NCBI GenBank assembly: GCA_043719295.1 | Contig: JAYSUD010000012.1 | Coordinates: 26,790-90,789, forward strand | DNA: 64,000 nucleotides | Reading direction: 5' to 3' | From: a bacterium | GTDB lineage: Bacteria > Patescibacteriota > Minisyncoccia > Phycocordibacterales > UBA918 | Part shown: positions 39,638 to 49,098 of the stretch, in pieces | Layout of the letters: every line of letters starts with the position of its first letter | Numbering within the stretch: position 1 is the first letter of the stretch | Made by a program: the position numbers and the translations under genes | Notes under the pieces: generated by a model | The model's database searches: none | What the model was told of the DNA's origin: nothing | The model's input: the letters and a program-made list of their open reading frames with translations, nothing else

Positions 39638-39721
39638 TTACAGTATACCCCACCCTTCTCTTTGTTCACATCTTTCCCCTGTAGATTGCTCGTCGTCATC
39701 GTTGTTTCTACCCAACAGGGA

Positions 39722-39843
39722 GGGGCTTTCAGAAACGAGTAAGATTCGCGAAGCACAAGGAATTTTTTGCGAGCCCTACATGGCGTAGGGTGAGTAAAAA
39801 ATTCTGCAGTGCGACAAAGAAGCTTGCCGTTTATGGAAGTCCC
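39722..39843 (+). repeat. Family A copy A5 abutting the nrdA stop
   Basis: TTCGCGAAGCACAAG..CGAGC-CCTAC/GTAGG-GTGAG..GTGCGACAAAGAAG..GCCGTTT. Confidence 0.8.
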
Positions 39844-42725
39844 TATTGGCAGGCTTCGCAGGTGGCATCCTCAGCCACATGCAACCTAATCTCTCCTTTA
39901 AACGTTGGCTTTTTTTCTATACTTACCTTAGCTGCGTCTAATTCTGCATGCTGAATTGGTGAGACTGTTGCAAGTGGAGATAAAATTGGTTCTGCTGTAG
40001 GTACAACAACTTCAGGAGCTATCACATCAACTGGTCCTTCGCCATTTCCTTCTTGCTTCTTTCGAATCTGAGTTCCCGCTGCATTAATTGATGATTTTTC
40101 AACCTGTGATGCACCAAGTGACCGGAGGTAATAGGTTGTTTTTACTCCCATCTCCCATGCGTATATATAGAGGTCACTTACCTCTTTTCCTGATGTACCA
40201 GAATAGAAAATGTTCAATGACTGCGCTTGGTCAATCCACTTCCCTCGTTGAGCTGCAGCTTTAACAAGCCACTTCATATCAATCTCAAACGTCTCTTTGT
40301 ATTTGTCTTTCAAATCTTGCGGTACATTGTCAAGATACTGAATTGACCCATCGTTGTACTTAATAGCATCAAGCATCTCTTTGCTCCATAGCCCTAGTTT
40401 TTTTAAGTCAGCCACAAGAGCGTTGTTAACAATAATGAAGTCTCCTGAAATATTACTTTTTACATAAATATTTTTGTAGATTGGTTCAATACCTGGAATA
40501 GAACCTGCAATATTTGAGATTGTTGCCGTTGGCGCAATTGCCATACAGTTACTATTTCGCATACCATACTTCGCGATTGATTCTCGAACGGGTGCCCAAT
40601 TGAGACTTTCAGTTGCATCAACACCTGTACTTAAGCCTCTGTTTTCTTCAAGGATTTTAATCGTATCTACCGGCAAGATTCCTCTGTCCCACTTACTACC
40701 TGCAAAACTTTCATAAGCTCCTCGCTCTCGTGCTAACTCACTTGAAGCAGCTATTGCAGCATGTGACACCACTTCCATTGAAGTATCGGCAAATGCAACA
40801 CATCGGTCTGATGCGAATGGAATACCAAGCTCATATAACGCATCTTGGAATCCCATCACCCCAAGTCCAACCGGTCGATGCTTCATGTTTGAATGCTGTG
40901 CTTCTTTTGTAGGATAGAAGTTAAGGTCAATCACGTTATCAAGCATTCGCATTGCAGTAGTTACTGTTGCAGTTACTTTAGCTCCGTCAAACTCGCCCTT
41001 AGTTATGTGTTCTGCAAAGTTTACTGATCCCAGGTTACAAACCGCTGTCTCTGTAGCAGACGTATTAAGTGTGATTTCAGTACAAAGGTTTGAGTTGTGA
41101 ACAACCCCTGCATGGTCTTGCGGCGAACGAAGGTTTGACGGATCTTTAAACGTAACCCATGGATGCCCTGTTTCGAAAAGCGAACTAATGTGTTTCTTCC
41201 ACAGGTCACGAGCCTTCATTTTCTTAAAGAGATGAATCTCTCCATTGTCCGCCATTTTTTCATACTTAATGTATAGCGTTTCAAATTCTTTTCCGTATGT
41301 CTCCGTTAAGTCGACAGCTTCATCAGGCGACAAGAGTGTCCAGTCTCCATCTTCTTTTACTCGCTTCATAAAGAGGTCTGATACCCATGAGGCAGTGTTC
41401 ATGTCGTGAGCTCTGCGTCGTTCGTCTCCCGTATTTTTCTTAAGCTCCATGAAATCCAAAAAGTCATAGTGCCAGTTCTCCATATACACACACGTCGCAC
41501 CACGCCGACGTCCTGAACGGTTAATAGCAACCGTTACATCATTTGCAATTTTTAAGAACGGGATAGTTCCTTGTGAGGTAATCCCTGCAGTTTTAATTAA
41601 CGCACCCGTTGCACGAAGCTTTGTCCATGCGGTACCAATTCCTCCCGCCCACTTTGAAAGTTGGGCATTGTCTCCAAATACTTTAAAGATATGATTGAGG
41701 TCATCTTCTACCACATTGAGGTAACAAGAAGAGAGCTGCGGATGGGGTGTTCCTGCATGGAACAAGGTTGGTGTTGAAGGTACAAACCGTAGCGTTGACA
41801 TCACTTCATAAAACTCTATTGCCTTTGCTTCTTTTTCTTTTTCTCCAAGTGCAAGACCCATCGCAACGCGCATCCACATGAACTGTGGTGTCTCAAGGAT
41901 ATGACCATCTGAGGCGCGAATAAAATATCGGTCATTAAGTGTTTCAACACCAAGATAACGGAACAAATCGTCTCGTTCTGGCATAATTGCATCGGCAATT
42001 TTCTTGAAGTCAAACTCAAGCATGTTTGAAGCCAACTTTTTATCAGCTACTGCGATAGTGATGTTGCGAGAAAATGCATCACGGTACTTCTGTACAAAAT
42101 CGGCATTAGTAATTGCAATATCATCTGCAATTGCTTCTTCATACAGGCGTGCACAGAGTTGTCGCGCTGCAATTTGTGAGTACGCAGGATCAAGTTCAAT
42201 TTTCGCACGCAACACTAACGTTACAAGTTTAGAAAGTTCTTTGGTTGAAATACCATCGTACACTTCTCTTTCTAGTTGCGTAATGATGCTATCAAGATCA
42301 ATTTCTGCTTCAATTCCCTTTGTAAATTGTGCTATGTATGCACGCATTGATTCACGAGAAAACTGTTCTTCACCCTGCCCTGTTGTAATCATCAACCTGT
42401 TTTCTTCGATAGCTTCAATGACTTCGTCCTTTCGAACTTCCGTCTGCATGAACCGGTACAAAATGTAGTGTTTTGCAACCACAAAGTACCCTCGCTCCAT
42501 AAGGGTCTGTTCTACCAAGTCCTGAACATGCTCAACAGTTGGTATTTCTTCTTTTCCTTCAAACAACGCTTGTAGTTTTGTAACTACACGATCTGCCATC
42601 TGACGGAGTGTTCCATCATCTACAGGTGTGTTTTCTGCAGCAAATGCTTTGCGCATTGCAATAACAATTTTTTCTGAGTTAAAAGGAACTTTTTCCCCAT
42701 TTCTTTTTGTGACTTCGGTAAACAT
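39843..42725 (-). CDS. nrdA: Ribonucleotide reductase alpha subunit with two ATP-cone domains
   Basis: VTKRNG, VEHVQDLVE, LSSCY, SNLCTEI, APTATIS, TTYYLR, C-terminal CEACQ. Confidence 0.96.
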   Translation of the reverse strand: MFTEVTKRNGEKVPFNSEKIVIAMRKAFAAENTPVDDGTLRQMADRVVTKLQALFEGKEEIPTVEHVQDLVEQTLMERGYFVVAKHYILYRFMQTEVRKDEVIEAIEENRLMITTGQGEEQFSRESMRAYIAQFTKGIEAEIDLDSIITQLEREVYDGISTKELSKLVTLVLRAKIELDPAYSQIAARQLCARLYEEAIADDIAITNADFVQKYRDAFSRNITIAVADKKLASNMLEFDFKKIADAIMPERDDLFRYLGVETLNDRYFIRASDGHILETPQFMWMRVAMGLALGEKEKEAKAIEFYEVMSTLRFVPSTPTLFHAGTPHPQLSSCYLNVVEDDLNHIFKVFGDNAQLSKWAGGIGTAWTKLRATGALIKTAGITSQGTIPFLKIANDVTVAINRSGRRRGATCVYMENWHYDFLDFMELKKNTGDERRRAHDMNTASWVSDLFMKRVKEDGDWTLLSPDEAVDLTETYGKEFETLYIKYEKMADNGEIHLFKKMKARDLWKKHISSLFETGHPWVTFKDPSNLRSPQDHAGVVHNSNLCTEITLNTSATETAVCNLGSVNFAEHITKGEFDGAKVTATVTTAMRMLDNVIDLNFYPTKEAQHSNMKHRPVGLGVMGFQDALYELGIPFASDRCVAFADTSMEVVSHAAIAASSELARERGAYESFAGSKWDRGILPVDTIKILEENRGLSTGVDATESLNWAPVRESIAKYGMRNSNCMAIAPTATISNIAGSIPGIEPIYKNIYVKSNISGDFIIVNNALVADLKKLGLWSKEMLDAIKYNDGSIQYLDNVPQDLKDKYKETFEIDMKWLVKAAAQRGKWIDQAQSLNIFYSGTSGKEVSDLYIYAWEMGVKTTYYLRSLGASQVEKSSINAAGTQIRKKQEGNGEGPVDVIAPEVVVPTAEPILSPLATVSPIQHAELDAAKVSIEKKPTFKGEIRLHVAEDATCEACQ

Positions 42726-43133
42726 GATGAATTGGTGAGGGTTAGTAAAGTGCTTCTGGGGTTATACAGAAGCTGTATGGGTGATCTCTCACAAAAATAA
42801 TTGGTGGTGTTGTATAACGTGCACATTTGGAGATGTATGCACGCCCAATTATTTTTAAGAAAGATCCATTTTTAGAGAGTTAAAGACAACCCCATGTGGC
42901 TATACATGGTGTGTGCAAGCGTGTGACTTGCATAGTTGCGTGTCGTACCTCTCTTTTGACACACTCGGTTTGGAGACCCGAAGTGGTTACCTATGATAAT
43001 AAGTCACTCGTAAACAATTGCCAAATATGCCTACAAACATATGTATTGTGTATAAAAAAATATACTCAAAAAATTATCTGTTGCAAAATATACACGCTTT
43101 GGCGAAGCAATTTAGTTTTGAGATTGAAGCCCT

Positions 43134-43142
43134 TGTGGATAA
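43134..43142 (-). promoter_or_regulatory. Consensus DnaA box upstream of nrdA
   Basis: TGTGGATAA is the reverse complement of TTATCCACA. Confidence 0.45.
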
Positions 43143-43200
43143 CAATTAAAGTCTGTATTGCGCAAGTAGAAGTGTGTGTGTTGTGATATTTTTTGACATT

Positions 43201-43228
43201 AAAAAGTGGAGCAAATGCTCCACTTTTT
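43201..43228 (-). terminator. mscL terminator
   Basis: AAAAAGTGGAGC-AAAT-GCTCCACTTTTT. Confidence 0.65.
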
Positions 43229-43247
43229 ACTTCATCTTGTATCTCTT

Positions 43248-43634
43248 TTATCTATTTCGCAATGAATCACGAATTTCTCGCAACAAGAGCACATCTTCTG
43301 GAGTTGGTTTAGGTACTTCAGGTTTTAGATCTTCTTTTGGACCCTTCATGTGGTTAATACCTTTTACCACTAAGAAAATAACAAACGCTACAATCGCAAA
43401 ATCAACCATACTTTGAATAAAGACACCGTATCCAATGGTTGCCTCTCCAATTTTGAAGCCCATAGTACTAAAGTTGATACCTCCAAGTAAAATTCCGATA
43501 GCGGGCATAATCACACTATCTACAAGTGAGGAAACAATCTTCCCAAACGCGGTACCAATAACTACCGCTACTGCTAAATCAACTACGTTTCCCTTAATTG
43601 CAAAAGCCTTAAATTCTTCAACAGTCTTGTTCAT
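43248..43634 (-). CDS. mscL: Large-conductance mechanosensitive channel
   Basis: EFKAFAIKGNVVDLAVAVVIG, LLREIRD. Confidence 0.97.
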   Translation of the reverse strand: MNKTVEEFKAFAIKGNVVDLAVAVVIGTAFGKIVSSLVDSVIMPAIGILLGGINFSTMGFKIGEATIGYGVFIQSMVDFAIVAFVIFLVVKGINHMKGPKEDLKPEVPKPTPEDVLLLREIRDSLRNR

Positions 43635-43689
43635 ACAAATTAATTACCGTCATATTAAACTAATAGTACCTCTAGTATACCCTTTATTA

Positions 43690-44820
43690 TTACGGGTGGG
43701 TGTGCCCATGGTCGTGCACGTGTATATCTTTCTTACCCACACCATGCTTCCCAAAGTACCAAGCTGCAACCAAGGTTGTTAACGGTACCGCTAAAATGAG
43801 GCCAATGCTACCGACAATAATACGTACAAGCTCTGAGGCAACCACCTCTTGGTTGAGGGTTAATCCAATTCCTGCATCTGCATTCGCAAACAAAAGTACC
43901 AATGGCAACGACACTCCCACATACGCAAGCGCAAGTGTATTCACGAGTGATCCAATATGGTCTTTCCCAACAATAATCGCCCGTTTATAGAGTTCTAAAC
44001 GACCAAACGAAGTGTTTGCGTGTTTAAGTTGTTGCACTACCGAAACTTGTGTAATGGACACATCATCGAGTATTCCTAAGATACCAATAATAATACTCCC
44101 AAGGAGTAACCCGGCAAAATCAAGGGTGCCACGTGTTGCAAAGTTAAGTGATACCGAAGCATCACTTCCAAAACCAGTTAATCGCATTGAAGACACGCAA
44201 AGCCACGCAATTATGCATGTGACTAAGACAGCTCCAAACGTCCCACAAAACGCAATTGCGGAGCGGGCATTCCATCCGTGGGTGAGAAAAAGTACAAAGC
44301 CTAAAATTAATGCAGAGACACCCAAACTTACCAAGACAGGATCGTACCCCTTAAGCATCAGTGGTACCAATATAAAAATAATAGCTCCAACACTTAATCC
44401 AAGTGATACTAGCGCCCGCGCGCCGTGCCATCCTGAAAACAGAAGTAGCAATACAACAAAAAAACCTACCAGTAATAACAACTGCGTATGGCGCTTAAAG
44501 TCTTTAAATACAAAATATTCAGTATCATCAATCAAGACGACGTGATTAAGGTAAATACTATCCCCTGCCTTAAGGAGCACCATTTCGTTCTCAAACATCA
44601 CCACTTTACCAACAGTTTTTCCTGAAGTAAGGGTTGCCTTAATCTGTTGTACGGTAGCAAATGTGTCAGTCCCCACAATCTCACGTTCTTCTACACTCAT
44701 GACCTCTGTTACCTCTGCAGTAACAATTTCTTTAAGGTCTTGATACACCTCTTGAGCGTTTGCTACACCAAAACTACCGCAAAAAACAAAAGCTAGTACT
44801 AGTAGTCCATAATATTTCAT
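43690..44820 (-). CDS. YibE/F-family membrane protein with a His-rich tail
   Basis: IIGILGILDDV, HIGSLVNTLALAY, GLILAVPLTT; C-terminal HVHDHGHTHP. Confidence 0.88.
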   Translation of the reverse strand: MKYYGLLVLAFVFCGSFGVANAQEVYQDLKEIVTAEVTEVMSVEEREIVGTDTFATVQQIKATLTSGKTVGKVVMFENEMVLLKAGDSIYLNHVVLIDDTEYFVFKDFKRHTQLLLLVGFFVVLLLLFSGWHGARALVSLGLSVGAIIFILVPLMLKGYDPVLVSLGVSALILGFVLFLTHGWNARSAIAFCGTFGAVLVTCIIAWLCVSSMRLTGFGSDASVSLNFATRGTLDFAGLLLGSIIIGILGILDDVSITQVSVVQQLKHANTSFGRLELYKRAIIVGKDHIGSLVNTLALAYVGVSLPLVLLFANADAGIGLTLNQEVVASELVRIIVGSIGLILAVPLTTLVAAWYFGKHGVGKKDIHVHDHGHTHP

Positions 44821-44836
44821 CACAACAGTATAAAGG

Positions 44837-45235
44837 CTATGTACACTTTGTACATGTACCATAATAGGTCAACTCATGGGAATTAATAGAAGTGAATCCT
44901 GGAACATGCACTTGTTTAGTTGGCTCAACATCACACGGCAAGTGCACCAAAAGATTGCAAGAAACACAGACTACATGATGATGGTGCCCATGCGAAATTT
45001 CATATCGAGAAGCTTCCCCTTGCGTTGTGACCTCTTCAATCAACTGTTCATTTTTAAGCATTGCGATAGTCCGGTACACACTCACTGTGTCAACAGTAAC
45101 TGCCTCAGTGATAGCTTGAATACTTAATGGTGCATGCGTCTTTGCGAGCGTCTCAAGAACTTCTATGCGCGCCTTTGTAATACGGTATCCACGTGTAGTT
45201 AATTCTTCAATAATTTTTTTGCTTGCGTCTTTCAT
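44837..45235 (-). CDS. Fur-family regulator, probably Zur
   Basis: RITKAR, SVYRTI, HHHHVVCVSC, C-terminal CTKC; divergent from a ZIP transporter. Confidence 0.88.
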   Translation of the reverse strand: MKDASKKIIEELTTRGYRITKARIEVLETLAKTHAPLSIQAITEAVTVDTVSVYRTIAMLKNEQLIEEVTTQGEASRYEISHGHHHHVVCVSCNLLVHLPCDVEPTKQVHVPGFTSINSHELTYYGTCTKCT

Positions 45236-45249
45236 AAGCACATGATACC

Positions 45250-45272
45250 TTATTGCAACAAGTTTGCAATAA
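45250..45272. promoter_or_regulatory. Putative Zur/Fur operator (9-5-9 inverted repeat)
   Basis: TTATTGCAA-CAAGT-TTGCAATAA between the divergent regulator and ZIP genes. Confidence 0.7.
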
Positions 45273-45293
45273 TAAATAATCAACAATATCAAT

Positions 45294-46100
45294 ATGTTTG
45301 AAGCAAGTATCGCCGCAGCCCTCATCGCCCTTCTCTCTTTTTCAGGAGTTCTCATCTTCGGGAAAAAAGGTCACCTCCATGGAGCACACGGCTTTATTGT
45401 TCCAGTAGCTATTGGTGTGTTTCTTGGAGTTGTATTCTTCGAGCTTATTCCTGAAACACTTGAGGGATCAGAGTTTTATGGAGCAATTGCAATCGCAATT
45501 GGATTTTTAAGTTTTTATGCACTCTCCCACTACCTCCGCACGTACCACTATCACCACGAAGATGAAGACAAAGACGATGCTTGTCAAAATAAAAAAGGAG
45601 CATCAATGCTTTTAATTGGGGATGCCATACACAACATTGCGGATGGTGTTGTCATCGCATCTGCATTTTTACTTAATCCGGTAGTTGGAATTGCAACAAC
45701 AGTCGGAATTGCGCTTCACGAAATTCCCCAAGAAATTGCTGAGTATGGGGTACTTATAAAAGCTGGCTATACAAAACAAAAAGCACTGTTTTACAATTTC
45801 CTTTCTGCATCATCGATATTCATTGGAGTCTTACTAAGCGCACTTTTCATAAGTCTCGGTAATTTTATTTGGATACTTACGGGACTTGCAGCAGGAAACC
45901 TTCTCTATATTGCTGCTTCAGACATGATTCCAGAACTCAATCATCATAACCACGGTGACCACTTTATGAAGACGTTCCTGTCGACTGTTTTTGGATTGGT
46001 ACTTATTGTCTCATTACTCACCTGGTCACATGAGCGTTTTGGTCTTCATGGAGAAGAAACATACCACGACGAAGCTGAAGCTACAGCTACAGGAGTATAG
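45294..46100 (+). CDS. ZIP-family metal transporter
   Basis: GDAIHNIADG, HEIPQE, LYIAASDMIPE. Confidence 0.93.
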   Translation: MFEASIAAALIALLSFSGVLIFGKKGHLHGAHGFIVPVAIGVFLGVVFFELIPETLEGSEFYGAIAIAIGFLSFYALSHYLRTYHYHHEDEDKDDACQNKKGASMLLIGDAIHNIADGVVIASAFLLNPVVGIATTVGIALHEIPQEIAEYGVLIKAGYTKQKALFYNFLSASSIFIGVLLSALFISLGNFIWILTGLAAGNLLYIAASDMIPELNHHNHGDHFMKTFLSTVFGLVLIVSLLTWSHERFGLHGEETYHDEAEATATGV

Positions 46101-46109
46101 ATGATTTCT

Positions 46110-46235
46110 ATAGGATCTACGCAAATGAGTGCAATTCGAGGCACACAAACAAAATAGTGCGAAGCGTACATTGAGTACGGTGAGTATTATTTTGTGCAGT
46201 GTAACGAAGAAGTGTGCCGTTTTCGTAGATTCTAT
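46110..46235 (+). repeat. Family A copy A6
   Basis: ATAGGATCTACG..GTGCAATTCGAG..CGAAGCGTAC..GTACGGTGAG..GAAGAAGTGTGCCGTTT..CGTAGATTCTAT. Confidence 0.85.
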
Positions 46236-46453
46236 TCTAAAAAAGAAACCGAGCGAGCACGAATCCTAATCCTGCTCCCAGAAAAAAAATAAAGAATACA
46301 GCAACTTGAAGTGGTTCTTTTCCCATATCAGGTATAGTAATGGAAAACATGAGGAAAATACAGCAATGGAGCTGTACATAGAGCGTCTTTACTTGGTAAT
46401 GTACTCACATACCACAAAACTATCTGTCACCTTTTCTGGTATACTGTTTTGAT

Positions 46454-46947
46454 ATGGTCGAAGTTACTTGCAAACAGTGCTCAAAGTTATTTAATGCTAA
46501 ACCATCTTGGATTAAAAATGGGTATGGTAAATTTTGTTCTCGTGAGTGTGGCCATAAAGCAAATCGTACAGGTAAAGTAGTGACCTGTTTTATCTGCAGT
46601 AAGGAGGTTTATAAACAAGGTAAAGCCTTAAAAGGTTCTAAGAGTGGTAAATTTTTTGTTCAAAATCATGTCAGACAAAATGGAGAAATACTGAGTTTAT
46701 TGCAGAAAAACATGCTAATTGGAAAGGTGGTTTGCACGCATATCGAAGAATAAAAACGCAAAGTGGTGACATACAAATTTGTACCATATGCAAAATTACC
46801 GACAAGAGAGTGCTCGCTGTACACCACATCGATCAGAATAGAAAAAACAATACCATTGAAAATCTTGCCTGGTTGTGCCACAATTGCCACCACCTTGTCC
46901 ATCACTACAAAGAAGGGCAAGATTCACTTATGGCGGCTATGGTATAA
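46454..46947 (+). pseudogene. Zn-finger + HNH endonuclease with a -1 frameshift at a T6 run; 3' end overlaps tRNA-His
   Basis: CKQC..FCSREC..CFIC; after the shift at ~46657 it reads CSKSC..NWKGG..CTIC..VHHIDQNRKNN..NLAWLCHNCH. Confidence 0.8.
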
Positions 46948-47004
46948 TGGCTATTACTGGAGCTTGTGGAGCTCTCAATCCGAGTTCAATCCTCGGTAGC
47001 CGCC
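46932..47004 (+). tRNA. tRNA-His(GTG)
   Basis: G-1, GCGGCTA/TAGCCGC acceptor, GGAGC-TTGTGGA-GCTCT anticodon arm, TTCAATC T-loop. Confidence 0.93.
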
Positions 47005-47037
47005 CACGAGAAAAAGTCCCTTCGGGGATTTTTTTGT

Positions 47038-47197
47038 GGGCGGTTAAGAAACTGCCCTACGGCAGTTTCGTCCGGGAATTGAAAGGCGGAGTCATGTCGC
47101 TTGCGACAGACGAGTCAGGGTCGTGAGCGATATTGAAACAAGGAGACTTGCGACTATGTTTCAAATCGACTCCTGACCAATTCCCGGTAGCCGCCCA
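47038..47197 (+). repeat. Structured element downstream of tRNA-His, ending in a copy of the tRNA 3' end; contains a family E module (47086-47120)
   Basis: AATTCCCGGTAGCCGCCCA (47179-47197) vs tRNA AATCCTCGGTAGCCGCCCA. Confidence 0.75.
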
Positions 47198-47341
47198 ATT
47201 TTTTGAGATTTTTTTACAGCGCATTTTAGATCTCTTTTTTGTATCTATTGTACTCAGTTGAACCCTGTGCAATTTCTATAAATAACCAGTGACCGTGATC
47301 TTCCTGTCATACGCATAAAGCTATTTACAATACTTGTGTTG

Positions 47342-47359
47342 ATACCCCCCTAGGGGTAT
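47342..47359. promoter_or_regulatory. CsoR/RcnR-type operator
   Basis: ATACCCC-CCTA-GGGGTAT overlapping TATAAT upstream of the repressor. Confidence 0.8.
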
Positions 47360-47370
47360 AATAATTAGCG

Positions 47371-47634
47371 ATGATACAAGATACAAAAAAAATAATTCGT
47401 CGATTAAAAATAATTGAGGGGCAGGTACGTGGTCTACAGACAATGGTTGAAAATAAAACTTACTGTATCGACGTAATCACCCAAACCTCTGCTATCAAAC
47501 AGGCGCTTTCTAATGTGGAAGACATTTTGCTTGAAGAGCACTTAAAAGGCTGTGTTGTTAACCAAATTAAAGCAGGTAAAACTACCAAAGCAACTGCAGA
47601 AATTTTGCAGGTTTACCAACTTAAACGAAAATAG
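47371..47634 (+). CDS. csoR: CsoR-family metal-sensing repressor
   Basis: RLKIIEGQVRGLQ.MV..YC.DV..Q..A..AL..EHLKGCV. Confidence 0.9.
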   Translation: MIQDTKKIIRRLKIIEGQVRGLQTMVENKTYCIDVITQTSAIKQALSNVEDILLEEHLKGCVVNQIKAGKTTKATAEILQVYQLKRK

Positions 47635-47635
47635 T

Positions 47636-48184
47636 ATGGAGCATTCATCCCCAACTCACCACGAAGTTCACGTACACAACTCGAGTAAAGTGACAGTCTG
47701 GTCATACTGGCCGATTGCTGGCATCTATCTTTTGTCTTTACTATTCGCACTCTACACGATTCAATTTCATGTATACCCTGACTATATGTCGCACCTCATG
47801 GGATTTGTTTTGGTATTGTTTGGGATTATCAAAATATCAGATATCGCAGGTTTTGCAAAAGGATTTGCTCTGTATGATCCACTTGCTAAGCGAAGTGATA
47901 CGTACGCGCAAGTGTATCCATTTCTCGAAATCGCCCTAGGCATACTATTTATCTTACAGCTTCTTATTATACCCGCCACACTCATCACTCTCTTTATATA
48001 CAGCGCGAGCTTATATGGAGCACTCCAGTCACTTCGTAAAAAGGAGGCTCTCCATTGCGTCTGTCTAGGTACATATTTTAAACTCCCGCTCTCTACGGTA
48101 ACCATTCTCGAAGCTGGCTTTATGATTGCAATGTGTGCGTGGATGCTCTTAATGATTAACACGATGGCTGGAATGGCCATGTAA
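47636..48184 (+). CDS. MauE/DoxX-like membrane protein
   Basis: FAKGFALYDPLAK, YPFLE, CVCLGT; His-rich N-terminus. Confidence 0.8.
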   Translation: MEHSSPTHHEVHVHNSSKVTVWSYWPIAGIYLLSLLFALYTIQFHVYPDYMSHLMGFVLVLFGIIKISDIAGFAKGFALYDPLAKRSDTYAQVYPFLEIALGILFILQLLIIPATLITLFIYSASLYGALQSLRKKEALHCVCLGTYFKLPLSTVTILEAGFMIAMCAWMLLMINTMAGMAM

Positions 48185-48196
48185 TAAAAAATATTT

Positions 48197-48859
48197 ATGA
48201 AAAATCAATCAATTATCACAATTTGTTTTCTCGCTGTGGGGATTGGATTAGCTATCGGCTACGCTCTATGGGGAGGAGCTGATGGAAAGTATACATTCTC
48301 AAGCCGAACCGATACAACAAGCGTCCCTGCAGGAATGCACAAAATGCCCGATGGCTCAATGATGGATAATGGAAATACCCAAAGTGAAATGGGTATGATG
48401 AATGGAATGGATCACAGTATAATGATGGTTAAAAGTGAGCGTGAGTTTTTAGATGGTATGATCCCCCACCACCAAGAAGCGGTAGACACAGCAAAAGAAG
48501 TAATCGAACGAGGGGGTTCAACTCCAGAAATTAAAAAGTTGGCACAAGATATTGTCGTAGCACAAGAGAAAGAAATTGGCATGATGAAAGAGTGGTATCA
48601 ACGTTGGTATGGTGAAGTGTATGTAACTAACGCTAAAGTCTACAAGCCAATGATGCGCGAACTGTCATCACTTAGCGGGGCTTCACTTGATACAATATTT
48701 TTAGAAGATATGGTTATGCACCACATGGGAGCGATTATGATGGCGCAAAGCGTTCAACCGTATGTAAAACACCAAGAAATAACTGACCTAACCAAAGCAA
48801 TCGTTGAAACTCAAATGGAAGAGATGCAACTAATGCGTCGTATAATTAATGATCTGTAA
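48197..48859 (+). CDS. DUF305 (CopM-like) Met/His-rich exported metal-binding protein
   Basis: HKMPDGSMM, MIPHHQEAV, MVMHHMGAI. Confidence 0.88.
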   Translation: MKNQSIITICFLAVGIGLAIGYALWGGADGKYTFSSRTDTTSVPAGMHKMPDGSMMDNGNTQSEMGMMNGMDHSIMMVKSEREFLDGMIPHHQEAVDTAKEVIERGGSTPEIKKLAQDIVVAQEKEIGMMKEWYQRWYGEVYVTNAKVYKPMMRELSSLSGASLDTIFLEDMVMHHMGAIMMAQSVQPYVKHQEITDLTKAIVETQMEEMQLMRRIINDL

Positions 48860-49098
48860 TGGTAGGAGTAAGGAACGACATACACACTTTTACCAAAGAA
48901 CACTGAGCTGAAGCCAAATGATCCAAAATTTCTAAACTGAATCCAGTCGACGGATGGTCGTGCCGAGAGTAAAAAGACACCTTTGGGAGTTTTTCTAAAT
49001 ACGCTTTTAAACTTACCTTTGACACTTTTACTATTCCCTAACTTGACAAGTTATTGATTATGTAGCATTTTAGTGGATGGGAAACACGGGAGGTTCCA

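Noticed and set aside
43134-43142. Replication origin
   Set aside because: Only one DnaA box was seen, with no cluster and no dnaA or dnaN nearby.
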